Position numbers and translations under genes: made by a program. The notes under the pieces are model-generated. The model had not been told where the DNA came from, did not search any database, and saw only the letters and a list, made by a program, of their open reading frames with translations. From assembly GCF_018977255.1 (NCBI RefSeq), contig NW_024704743.1, positions 30,382,001 to 30,446,000 of the forward strand: a stretch of 64,000 bases of DNA, given 5' to 3'. This DNA is from Callorhinchus milii. Lineage: Eukaryota. How positions within the stretch are numbered: position 1 is the stretch's first letter; every line of letters starts with the position of its first letter. Shown piece after piece: positions 49,204-61,534 of the stretch.

Positions 49204-52194
49204 CTTCATTCCAGATGAAAGGAATTTTCTATGTGCAGGTGCGCATACATATGTGGGACTCTGTTTAGATTGGACACTCTTAATCATGATAATGGGTTTC
49301 TGTATATGTCAGACAGACACTCAGCTGACCAAAAATAAAAACTGCTATCATTATTTCTCTGTCTATTGCTTGCTCAGCTGTATCCCTGCCATTCTTTCAC
49401 CAGCTGAATTTAAAAAGTCAGAACGTGCAATTTACGTGCTAATAAAATGTAAGTTTGCATATGCAAATTACACGCTCTATTTTATGATTCGACTCACAAA
49501 CCACAAATCCTGTAATAACAAGAGCTGGAGAATAGAACTGCTGTCATAACAGGGATAACACATCACTGAATGGCATTAACCAATGCTCATTTACAGGACT
49601 TGGTTCATTTCATCTAAAAAAAATGCCTCTTGCTAAAGTAATCTGAAAAACACAAATCAGCTTTCTGTTTGACACAAGTCAGTTTTCTGAAAAAAAGGCT
49701 TCCAAATTTAGACTGTTACAATTTAAAGATTGTACAACATTTTGCATGAGATCTTAAATTTTAAGATGATGAGTTGCCAACGTTTATTTCAGGTTATATT
49801 GTGGAGAATAAATATATGCTAGTGTATATGCTAATTCTACACATTTAAATATATGAATCGTTGATTGACAAATCACACTGTGAATTGCAGGAGCTGCTCC
49901 TGTTCCGAACAGATTGGTTGTAGCTCCCATTACTCAGGAAGGGAATTGCAGGGTGAGATTTTACTCTGGAGTGTTTCAGACTAATAACGGTTCTATTCAC
50001 CCAGCAGAACAAGAGGTCAGTGTGCTCAATAAATATTCATTAAATAATTATCATTTATATCACTCATGAGGCAGGTACAGGCTATTCGATACATTTTTTA
50101 TCCAATGAGCTCTCACATGCATAATAGCTCTGCTATAAAATTGCTACATTTCTCTAATAATTATATATTTTAATAATATTTCAATATTAAAGTGTCTTCA
50201 GGATTACAAAGGCATGGATTTTACCCAGGTTTCATGGGGATGGATATTCCTCCAGTACTTCACCCTAAGGTTAGTTGTCTGTGAATGCAGACAGACACTT
50301 CCATAATGCGATATTTGCAAAGTGGATTTGAGTTGGTTTGCTAGCTTTTTTGGGGGGATGGTGGGGGGGATTCGCTAACTCAGGATTTTTAACACTGAGT
50401 TATGTTGCAATTAGCAACCGGAACTAGGCTCCTGAATTTCACTCTTTAGAGTCAATGAACATCAGCAGGCTCTTTGACTGTCAGGACATTACCATGAGCC
50501 CGATCCTTACCACAGTTGTGTACCTTCAACGTGTCTCTTCAAATGGGAATTGGCTCCTAGTCAGCCAAACTTATGCCACCAAACAGCCATGAAGCAAATG
50601 ATCAATCTTATCTGGAGGATTGTTGGCCAGGATACCGGGAGAAGTCCAACAGTTACCTTAACTTACAGCCTGCGGTCCTTCAAGTCTTGGCTGTTGCCAA
50701 CCTGTTTCTAATACTCTCCAGGATTAGCTGAGCAGAGTGCATCCCTCCTTCTGAGGAGAGATTACGCATTCTAAACAATAAAAACCAGATGCATGATGAA
50801 CTTTCTATGGCCTGGGCAATTGGTGGTGGATTTCTGCATGAGTTTGGCTGACTAGGAGCCAATTCCCATTGAAGAGCCAGATAGACTGGCCACCCCCAAC
50901 AACTGATCTAGACATTGGTTTTGCCAGGTCGACTCTTTGGAGCCAGTTCGACTCCAATGGGATCCTGTTTAACTTCCCTTAAGGAGGATTTTTTTAGGCA
51001 TGACATTGTCTCCAAAATCATGTAACTAATGTCTACAAATATAAGGAGCATATGTCAGCAACCCTGCAAGATAATATATATGTGATGCAGGAATTGGAAG
51101 AGGGCTGGGCTAGATCAGAACAATTCTGGGTTCAAAAGGAGCAGGAAGGAATGGGCCTGGGTGGAAGTGGCAGCCAGAGTTTAGCATGGGGAATTAGATT
51201 AGGGCTAGGTGTTGCTAAATTTCCATTTTCCATTAAATATATTCTTATACTGAACATGCACAGGCACACTGTAAATGTCTGCAAGCTTCTTTTCTGTGCA
51301 AAGGCCAGGGATTAATGGATGACTGACTGACAGATCTCTCCCGCCAACCCACATCCAGCTCCAGAGACAGTCTGCATTGAGCCTGGAGTGGAATTGGAAA
51401 GCACTGTCCGAATTTCTTCTCCACACCGGGAAGATATGTAGGGGGTGTGCACAAGTTTCTCCACTAGAATTCAAACCCAAATCTACTGGTCCACAATCGA
51501 ATGCAAAACAACTGATCTAGACAGGTTTCCAAATTCACAACATGGGTCATTCAACCAAATGAAAACCCACCATTCATTAAACAGTTAAATTAATAGCTAT
51601 ATCTTATGAGTAAAATCTTATCATAGCAGAAACCAGTTACACATCACATATAAAACAGAGGCTAGGCTACCTGGACAGTAGAGTTACAGAATGGGCAGAA
51701 AATAAAGATGATGCACACAGAAAGGGAAAGAATCAATGTCAAAGGCTTCTGGAAAATTCTTCCCCACAGGAATTATAAGGCTGCCATTAAGAAGCAGATA
51801 CCACACTTCAGAAGACAAGAACAGGACAGCTGTTTGAGTAACCCAAGGTCGGTCTCATTTTACACTCCAGCCATTATTACACCAAACTTAATGGAGGTCA
51901 TACCATTAATGTGATCTGATGACAGAACTCGTGCAGACTAAAATAGTATTTAAAAATGCTGCAAAATGTGATGGTTTTGAGCAGCACAATACAGTAATAT
52001 ACTATTTTAATGATGACCAATTATAACAACCCATCACAACTATAGCAGAATAACCACACGCCTGCAAACCGACATCGACTGATTGGCACAGCCTCGCAAG
52101 GTGTGACAGAGTTTAAGATTACAGTGTTCATATTATATTTTATGTACCACTACAACTAATTTGATATCTGACTTCTAACTAGATTATGTAGCCC

Positions 52195-52510
52195 CAGTCG
52201 TAAGCTTCTCGGCTATACTCGCCTTGCGAGTGAGAGACATGGGTTCGATTCCTGGCAGGGCGAAACGCTGGGTAAGTTTCCTTACTTCATACACTTCTGT
52301 TTACCTAGCAGTATGTAAGAACACGGTTGTTAGTTGATTGATGGATCGCTTTTCCGGGGGTAATAATTCCTTAAAAAAAATACAAAATTGATCACTCAAT
52401 CCACGACTGTTTGTGGGACACTGCTGTGCTCAATTGCCTGCCACGTTTCACCCACAAAATATATAGTCAATTAAGTTCAGAGTATATTCCGTGAAGCGCT
52501 TTGAGACGTT
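52195..52510 (+). mobile_element. SINE-A long form, tail missing
   Basis: GGGTTCGATTCC B box and CTGTTTACCTAGCAGTA segment. Confidence 0.85.
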
Positions 52511-52564
52511 CCCTAATGATGGAGTTCCAAAGGATGGGGACAGACAGGCTGAAAGCCCAACATT

Positions 52565-53205
52565 ATGATAATAATAATAATCCTTGCATTTGATATAGCG
52601 CTTTTCATGACTTCTATATGTCTCGAAGCGCTTCACAGAATATACTTCAAAGGGAAATGACTGTATATCTGTGAGCAAAACATGGCAGGCAATGGCGCAC
52701 CGCAATGTTCCACAGAGTATCATGGATTGAAGTGACCAATTTATTATTCTTTTTTTTCTTGAGGGATTATTGGAGTCCTGTAGCTCAGTAGTTAGAGCAC
52801 TCGCTTTGCAAGCGAGAGACCTGAGTTCAATTCCAGGCAGGGCGAAACCTTGGGCAAGTTTCCTTACTCCACACACCTAATAATAATCCCTCCAAAACCC
52901 AAAACAATAATAAATTGGTCATTTTCAATCTATGACTGTTTGTGGGACATTGCTGTGCGCAATTGGCTGCCGCGTTCGCCCACAAATATACAGTCAATTC
53001 ACTTTACAGTGTGTTCTGTGAAGCACTTTGGGACGTCCTCCCGACGTGAAAAGCGCTATATCAAATGCAAGGATTATTATTATTATTATTATTATCAAGT
53101 GTGTGGAGTAAGTAAACTTGCCCAAGGTTTTGTCCTGTCGGAAATCGAAGCCAGGTCTCTCGCTTGTGAGGTGAGTGCTCTAACCACTGACCTACAGGAC
53201 TCCAC
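52565..53205 (-). mobile_element. SINE-A split by an opposite-strand SINE-A
   Basis: 3' half at 52565-52770, 5' half at 53093-53205. Confidence 0.85.
52771..53093 (+). mobile_element. SINE-A short form, young, full length
   Basis: Complete head to long (TTA)n tail. Confidence 0.95.
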
Positions 53206-53359
53206 GTCAACCTTACTGCATCATCAACATGTCTCAAAGTGCTTCATAGGAATTACCGTAGAGTGTAATGGACTGTGCACTTTATACATGGACGTGACAG
53301 CCAATTTTGCGCCCAGCAGTGCCCCACAACCAGCCATGAAGGGAATGACCAATTTTAAC

Positions 53360-54420
53360 ATAGCAAAGTGTGAGGCAATACATTTCAGACAGAAAAATAG
53401 CAGTTGGGATTATGTTTTAAATAATGAAGCACAAGGAGAGTGTAGCTGAGCAGAGCGATCTAGAGATTCAAGATCATAGATCATTAAAATCTAATATGCA
53501 GGTGCAGGAATCAGTTAATATGAGAAATGGGATGCTGGTTTTATTACAAGAAATGTGGAATATAAAATGAAGTAGGTGATTCTACTGTTGTTTTAGCGCT
53601 GGTGAGTTCCCATTTGGAGTATTGTGTCCAGTTTCGGAAACTCAATGTTAAGAAGATGTACTAGTATCCAGCAATGGTATAGATTAATACCTGTGTGAAG
53701 GAGCTTATTCCTTATATTCCTTAGCGCAGAGGAGGTTAACAACAACTTACATTTATATATCGCCTTTCACGCAGGGTAGCATCCCGGAGTGTTTGACAGT
53801 GGTGAAGTCTGACCCCAAGCCAGGAGGAGAGGGAGGAGGGAGGTGACCATAAGCATGATCAAAAAGGTCTTTAGGTGGGATTTGAAAGTGGGGAGTGAGG
53901 GATGGGCAAGGTGGAGGGATTGAGGAAGTAAGTTCCAGAGCTTCGGGGCGTAGTGCTTACAGCCACCGATGGTGGAGAGGAGGGGGTGAGGGATGAACAG
54001 GGGGTCGGACTGGCCGAGCGGAGGCAACGGTTGGTGGAGTGGTAGTAAGCAAATCGGATAAGGAGTAATTTAATTGAGGTAGTTAAAATAATGAAAGGAT
54101 TTGACAGGTTAGATAGTGGACGACTTTCCCTCTGGTAGACAGATCTGTTATAAGGGACAACTGTCAAAGCTGACAGAACTGAGTCCAGGAATCATTTCTT
54201 CACCCAGTAGGTAGTCAAGCTGTGAAATATTCTGCTATGGAGAGCTGCAAAGGTGGAATCAGGAAGGATTTGGAAATTGAGAAAGACAGATAATTTTGAA
54301 GTCGAGGTATTAAGCAGTATGACAAAAGGATGGGCAGTGGGTTAAATGATGTACCAACATCTAATAAACTGGAGGAACAGGCTTGAATGGCTGAATGGCC
54401 TCCTCCTATTCATGTTTACT
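53360..54420 (+). mobile_element. CR1 3' portion interrupted by L2
   Basis: FNIAKCEAIHF; GAGTATTGTGTCCAGTT (EYCVQF); GAATGGCTGAATGGCCTCCTCCT 3' motif. Confidence 0.8.
53738..54048 (-). mobile_element. L2 3' fragment nested in CR1
   Basis: AACAACAACTTACATTTATAT tail; colinear with the reverse complement of 5320-5617. Confidence 0.85.
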
Positions 54421-54667
54421 TATTTTTTGAAGACAGTGATAACACCACTAGTCCCTTGCCACTGGAGAAAGAACCAGTTAGGTCATGCTGACTCGAGTGT
54501 CGAGTGAGTCTGACTGAAGATCACCTGAGAGCCACAGCCTCGTGAATCAGGATGACGCACATGCACTTCACTGCAGAAAACACAATTTACATCCCGAGGA
54601 GCCTTTCCTGGTAACACAGTTTTTCAATAACAGAGGGAGGTGAACGTTGGAAAGACTATCCAGGGAG

Positions 54668-54860
54668 ATAATAATAATAATAATAATCCTTGCATTTGAT
54701 ATTGCGCTTTTTCACTTCTTCTTGACGTCTCAAAGTGCTTCACAGAATAGACTGTAAAGTGAATTGACTGTATATTTTTGGGCGAAACGCGGCAGCCAAT
54801 TGCGCACAGCAGTTCCCCACAAACAGTCGTGAATTGAAAGTGACCAATTTATTATTGTTT
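54668..54860 (-). mobile_element. SINE-A, 5'-truncated
   Basis: (AAT)n tail and body. Confidence 0.9.
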
Positions 54861-54949
54861 TTAGACGGTGGAGTCAGATTTGGGATGTAATTGGTTAGCT
54901 ATTTGGTGAAGATTATTACTTGGGTGTTAAGACGACATTACCAACAAAA

Positions 54950-55122
54950 TAATAATTTGGTCACTCAATCCATGAATGTTTGTGGGACACTACTGCATGC
55001 AATTAGCTGTCGCATTTTGTCCACAAAATATTCAGTCAATTCACTATACAATATATTCCGTGAATCATTTTGAGATGTCTCACCGACATAAGGCGTTAAA
55101 TCAAATGCAAGAATTATCATTA
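54950..55122 (+). mobile_element. SINE-A 3' half, diverged
   Basis: TTGGTCACTCAATCCATG...TCAAATGCAAGAATTATCATT. Confidence 0.8.
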
Positions 55123-55754
55123 TGACAACAGCAACTTGCACTTATATAGTGCCTTCACTTGGGATAGCGCTAATATTCTTTTGCTGTTTAACATTCTCCA
55201 TTGGCATTACCAATATATTGTAAGAATGAACAAATGAATGAATATTTCATTCCCCAGTCATTGCTGGAAATCACCACTTCCAGTATCCTCCACTGTGGTT
55301 TGTATGTCCTCAGTGGTGCTTTACTCCTTTTATTCCACCAACACATGTTTTAACAAGTCCATTTTATTCTCTTTTGTGGGTGGTTTGGAGACATTTCAGC
55401 AGACCCTAAATTCTGCCTTGGAAAACCTGCCAAGGCCAAATAACAATTGAAGTACAGAAGGATCCCAATTTGACCACTCTGCCCTTTTTCATCTTTCGGA
55501 GATGAGTAAACCTCAGTTCCAAAAGGAATCTTTTTATGATTATCAGTCAAGAATGGAGTTTATTTGTGGTCTGCCCCCTCCTCCCATTACAATTTTCCCC
55601 TCCTCCTCTCATGAAGGCAGGCATTGACTGATGCTGGCTTAGTTGCTCCATTGGTGTTCTGCTATGTCCTCCAAGTGACTAGTCTTCATTCCTAAGCATA
55701 GAAGGTGTCAATTGCTTGAAACATTGGAGACTATATGAGTCAGGCCCCATCTTA

Positions 55755-56074
55755 TAATAATATAATAATCCTTGCTTTTGATATAGCACCTTACCATATC
55801 TTCGAGACGTCTCAAAACGCTTCATAGAAATAAATTGAATTGACTATATATTTTGTGGCGAAACATGAGTGACCAAATGATTGATGGATTTTTTTTGAAG
55901 GGATTATTACACCTGGAAAAGCCAATTGACTAACAACCAGGTTCCTACTTACTGCTAGGTAAACAAAGGCCTGTGGAGTAAGGAAATTTGCCTAACGTTT
56001 TCCTGCTCAGGAATCAAACCCAGATCTGCTCACTTATGAGGTGAGTGCTCTAATCAATATACTACAGGACTCCA
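55755..56074 (-). mobile_element. SINE-A long form with internal deletion
   Basis: Tail, GCTAGGTAAACA segment, head ACAGGACTCCAC. Confidence 0.85.
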
Positions 56075-56584
56075 CTTAACTGCTGACATTCACATATGGA
56101 AGTTCCCAGCAGAAGCCAGCACCAGGCTGATGTTTCCTTCCCAAATTCAAGCTGTTATGGTCAATTGTAGCACCTTTTATGCAAAGGAAAAGGTACATTT
56201 TGATTCTCACTCCTTCAATTATTGGATTGGATGAAATTGGATTTCATCCAATTTACCTGAAGTGAGTAATCTGGTTTCATCGGATCTGGAAAATGGTTCA
56301 ATTCCCATCCCTACCATAACACCACAAACAAGTGTTGTGGTTGATGCTGAGACCCCAAAACCACAGCAGAGAGAGTCTAGTTAGTTCTCAGATATTGGGC
56401 TGGAAGTTGTGATCTCCACAGTGAGTGGGAATGAATTATTCCATCGGCTGGATGAGTCCTGTTGGAGACACCAAGGCATCTGCAGTCCATTGCTCGTACA
56501 GTGAGTTGGAGCTGCTAATGGGAAAATTAAGCAACAAATCTTTTCCTATAAACAGAAGATAATACTACAATCTATCTAATATTA

Positions 56585-56923
56585 TTAATAATAATAATAT
56601 AATAATAATAATAATCCTTGCATTTGATATAGCGCTTTTCACGTCGGGAGGACGTCCCAAAGCGCTTCACAGAACACACTGTAAAGTGAATTGACTGTAT
56701 ATTTGTGGGCGAACGCGGCAGCCAATTGCGCACAGCAATGTCTCACAAACAGTCGTAGATTGAAAATGACCAATTTATTATTGGTTTGGGTTTTGGAGGG
56801 ATTATTATTAGGCTCTGTGTGGAGTAAGGAAACTTGCCCAAGGTTTCGCCCTCTGCCTGGAATTGAACTCGGGTCTCTCACTTGCAAAGCGAGTGCTCTA
56901 ACCACTGAGCTACAGGACTCCAC
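56585..56923 (-). mobile_element. SINE-A short form, young, full length
   Basis: CpG-intact; (AAT)n on both flanks. Confidence 0.95.
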
Positions 56924-57608
56924 ATAATAATAATATTTTCCATATTTCTCTCCAACCCCCAACCCCCCCCACACACAAACAAACCTGAAATTACAATATT
57001 ATATACAATATTATATTACAATATTATATTATTATCAAGGTTATTATCCAGAATGAAAGGCACTCAGTTTATTTCAGCTACTGACTCAAATCAACTACAA
57101 CACAAAACGATGACCAGACACTTTTGTTTATCAGTGTACAGTATTAACCTGCTACTTCAGCTACAAGCTACATTTTCGTACTGGCATTTTAACACGCTTC
57201 TTGGAGCTTATCTGAGGCATTCCTTTAGGGCAGCTGCACTAGGCGTGCTTAGTTCCAGTACAGCAAAACTACTGTCATAAGCTCTGGCCAAGTCACAATG
57301 GGTTTGCATTGCTGCCTTGGCTGGATTTGCACTCAGATATGTAGGAACGTACTCAGCAATGTGAAGAATGAGCATAGATAGCAGGGCTAGTATCTGGTGT
57401 CAGCAGCCCTCTGTTTATTGTAGGGGTCTTCACAGCATTGGAATCGCTGTCATTTTTATCCTTTGAATGTTTTGAACTCATGAGCGCTGACCACCAAGCT
57501 ACTGAGGTTAACTTGCACATGTGCATTACTGGATGTTTGCAAAATTACTGCTCCCTCTACCCTTCCAAGTAAAAGAAAATCTCAACCCACTTGACAAACA
57601 TTCAACTA

Positions 57609-57900
57609 GGAGTCCTGTAGCTCAGTGGTTAGAGCACTAGCAAGCGAGAGACCTGGGTTCTATTACCGGCAGGGCGAAACCTTGGGCAAGTGTCCTTACT
57701 CCACACGCCTGATAATAATCCCTCAAGAAAAAAAACAATAATAAAATTGGTCACTTCAATCCACAACTGTTTGTGGGATGCTGCTGTGCTCAATTGGCTG
57801 CTGCGTTTTGCCCACAAGTATACAGTCAATTTACTTTACAGTATATTCTGTGAAGCACTTTGAGACGTCTAGAAGATGTGAAAAGCACGATATCAAATGG
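57609..57900 (+). mobile_element. SINE-A lacking (TTA)n, fused to an L2 end
   Basis: Head to ...GATATCAAATG, followed directly by L2 sequence. Confidence 0.85.
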
Positions 57901-58096
57901 ATCCTTAACTCACCCCTTTCCTCGCTTCCTTCAAGGTCCACCTCAAGATCTTACTTTTGACTGCATTTTCGACCACCTTAATCCCACCCCCTCAGCCCCA
58001 CCCCTGTCTAATATGCAAACCTTGGACTGTTCAGCGCTGTGCTACATCCTTCCGATGTGAAAGGCGTCATATACATATAGATTTGTATTGTATTGT
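57901..58096 (+). mobile_element. L2 3' end
   Basis: CTTCCTTCAAGGTCCACCTCAAGA...CATCCTTCCGATGTGAAAGGCG...TTGTATTGTATTGT. Confidence 0.8.
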
Positions 58097-60114
58097 AACT
58101 TCAACTTCTTAGTATTCTGGTCCTCTGAGCATACTTTAGCATAAAGTGACATTCCCTGTTTTCCTGCGAAGCACTGCCGTGCGCTGTTCACTCTCCTGCT
58201 ACTTTCATATGCCTGTGATGTATAAAAACATTTGATGATGCATCAGTTATGCACACAGAGGGGCATTTTGCTCCTTTGGCCACTACAAAGTCAGGAAACG
58301 GAAAACCATGCGTGGTCCTGTCATGCCTTCTGAGCCGTCTTTTGTTGTTGAATTTCGATAGATTTATGGATCCAAACTCATTAAGGTTTGATGAATCAGA
58401 TCTGGCCAGTTAATTCATTTCAACCCTGTGGAGGCTGACAGCATTGACTGAGCTGATGTTACTTCGTGGATGGCCTTGCTTGAGATTGCTCACAATGGAA
58501 TCACAAATTTCATCATTTGGCCTCATCCCACCCCCATTTTATACCAGAGCCATCACTTTAAATACAAATGAGCTGAGCAGACTGCAGCCTGCAGCCTGAT
58601 TCTCTTCACTAGCCAGCAATTGGCACAGTCACTCACACAATAGACTCACAATGGTTCATCGCTCTATCTCGAGAGCCAGGAGTGGCCCATTGAAACAGTT
58701 CCCCCAAAACTGAAGTGCCTTCTGAAGAGATGAGGGCACCTTTTAGACTTATTTAAAGATTTCTTTTTACAATAACTTGTCCCTTAAAATTGACAAATAG
58801 CTGGCTGGAATGAGATAATGCAACGTTGAGAAATATTAACTCAATAAGGAAGTCGGCAATTGATAAAGGAGGAAGCTCTGATCATTAAATAAGGCACATT
58901 GCCAGAGGTATTATTTAGACAGCAATATATTTTATCAACCTTTATCGAAACGTCTAACAAAATAATAAAAAAGCATTGCCCACTGATCCCATTCATCCTT
59001 TATTTAAGAACCTATTTATATTTTATTGCAGCAGTGCCTTGTGTTCATGTACATAACTAAGTCTGATCATTGCAGAAATAAAGGCAGGTTCAATGAGTCA
59101 AAAATGGTGTAAGCTCAGACGTTGATCATAAAAGCTTAAAAATTCAGAATAATGTGCAAAATAAAGTGGAAAACCTTAAAAGTACACCTAACAAGACACT
59201 GATTTGTAACGTTAGTTTTAACAAGCACCAAAGACTGAATCAGTATGAATTCGAATATTAAAATAAAAGTCTCTTTTATGTCAGATCTTTTCATCAGGCA
59301 CCCTGTGTTGGTCTTGTGGTGGTTCCTTTTAGGTTACTACCCTTATCTCCTATTTGCAGTCCTTCCATTCTTAGGGCACCTGCTGTCTTCTAAAGAAGGC
59401 ACCCTGCCTATCTCTCCCTCTCCTCTTCATAAATATATATTACAATGGTCATAGTTATTAAAAAGAAAATTGTCCTTTGGCCTCTACTGATCAATGGTCT
59501 CCTTTTCTTCCTTGCTAGGATCATTCAATGGTTGACCTCTTTTCTCCAGAAAGGCAAAGACACAACCTTAAATGACAACATGACAAATTTGCTTTTATTA
59601 GTGTTGTATTCTCGATTATTTCTGTACCCTCCGTTTTTCTTCATTGACCCGCACTGACACTGGCTGCTATACATTCTCGCTGACAGTCTGAACCTTCACA
59701 ATTAAAATATGTAAATCCTGGTCCATTTGATTCACCTATAGCACAGGGAATGTTTCTGTTTATTTCATGTTTAATACCAGAAATAGCATGTAAATTTTAA
59801 CACAGTTACTCAGACATTGCAGGAGATTTGCAACATTAAATGTGTCCATCAAATGGTATTAAAGGAACCTCAATCGTTTTCTCATAAGACTGGTGTCTTA
59901 TTAGTTCGGCTGCCGCTTCCTAAACAACATTGCACCTCATGTTATAATGGCGTTGGAGTGAAAATTGAAAAAAATAATGGTGCCAGACATGCTTACTGCA
60001 TCATTCAACTTACATACTTAGCAGGTCGATATCTTGAATGAACTAATGTGCTAATTTATTTTGTGTGTTTTGGGAGCATAAAGGCAGACAAACAAAATGT
60101 GTTTAGTGGCATCT

Positions 60115-60527
60115 GTATGTGTGAGGGGCATCTATCTATGGGTGTTTGTGTATGTACCTATCTGTGTGTGTGTTTGTGTGAGCATCTGTCTGTCTGTGTC
60201 TATCTGTGTATGCCGTGTGTGTGTGTGAGTGTGTCACTGTGTATATGTGGGTGTTTCTGTGTGTGTCTGTCTATGTGTATCTATCTGTCTGTTGATGTGT
60301 GGTTCTGACTGTGTGTCTGTCTGTGAATTGTGTGTGCATTGCTGTGTGTGTGTGTGTGTGAGTTTGTGCGTGCCTATCTCTCTGTGTAAGTCTGTCTGGG
60401 TCTATCTATCTGTTGCTTTGTGTGCGCCTGTCTCTCTATCTGTGTCTGTCTGTGTGTTGCTCTGTATGTGTGTGTGTGTGTGCTGCTCCGTGTGTAATCT
60501 GTCTGCCTGTCTGTCTCTGTGTGTGTA
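60115..60527. repeat. Degenerate (GT)n/(GTCT)n microsatellite
   Basis: About 410 bp of interrupted TG repeats. Confidence 0.95.
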
Positions 60528-61534
60528 TGAAGATGAAGGATGGAAATCTCTTATTGGCTAAGCTCAGGGACACCACAGTCAAAAAACTGAAGGGCAATTA
60601 GCTGTAAAATGGCCAGTTTTGCAGGAAGAAGCCTGGGGTTATAGGGGAATAATAATGGTCCTTTAACTTGCTCGTGCCTGACTTGTAGCTGCAGGTCAGC
60701 CCAGCAGATTGTGGGACAGTGGCCCAGACGTTAGGCTCAGAGCCATATCCGCAACTCCTGGTGATATTCGACACCATCCATGTCGAAGTGCTTGCCAGAC
60801 CTCATTTGACCCGTTGCCAAAACACTGCGACACGGAAGGTGAAAAATGGGGGTGTTTCACATGATATTATAACAGCAAATCCGTTTTGAAACATCCCATT
60901 TCTCACCCAACGGTGACAAAATCTATGCCAAAATGCGTGCGATTCGTATGCCAGAGTCAGCGTGTGACATGCTCATGACAAACCTGACAGACAGGTGCTG
61001 GAGGGAAGCAGTCCTCCACCTGGCAATACAATTTAGATTGATTTTAGTGCCTTTCAGGTTGGAAGGACGTCTCAAAGTGCGTAACATTACTGGCTGAGAG
61101 CGTAAAGAAATACCAAAGGTTTTTCTGGGTAATGCATCTTAATCCTCTTTTAGAAATTTAGTATTATAAAAATTTAAAGCCCAGAAGCAGGCCATTCAGC
61201 CCATTGAGTGTGCACCAGCTCACAGAGTAAGAACTCTGCCTCTACCACCTAACCTTGGTAGAACATTGCACATCCCAAGAACTTTTTGAGTTTGTGCATT
61301 TACCAAACTGTAGTATGTGTTGATATTCCAGCACAAGAGCATTATGTTCCAGCAAGGGCAAGTATATAAAAAAATTAATTTAGCATATGTGGGATGTTGC
61401 TGGTGCATATCAGTTGTTAAGTTTCCCCCAATTTATTGTGTGGAGTCCTTTGAGATGATTCAACAAGATATATCAAGTGCAACTATTGTTATTTTGTTTT
61501 TATACACTTTCATTATCCATACTCAGTGAAACAA

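Noticed and set aside
52850..53449. Long ORFs (also 17293-17955 and 44726-45274) as protein genes
   Set aside because: They read through SINE and CR1 sequence; the same peptides recur wherever the SINE occurs.
60048..60601. Cys/Val-rich ORFs
   Set aside because: Translations of the (GT)n microsatellite.
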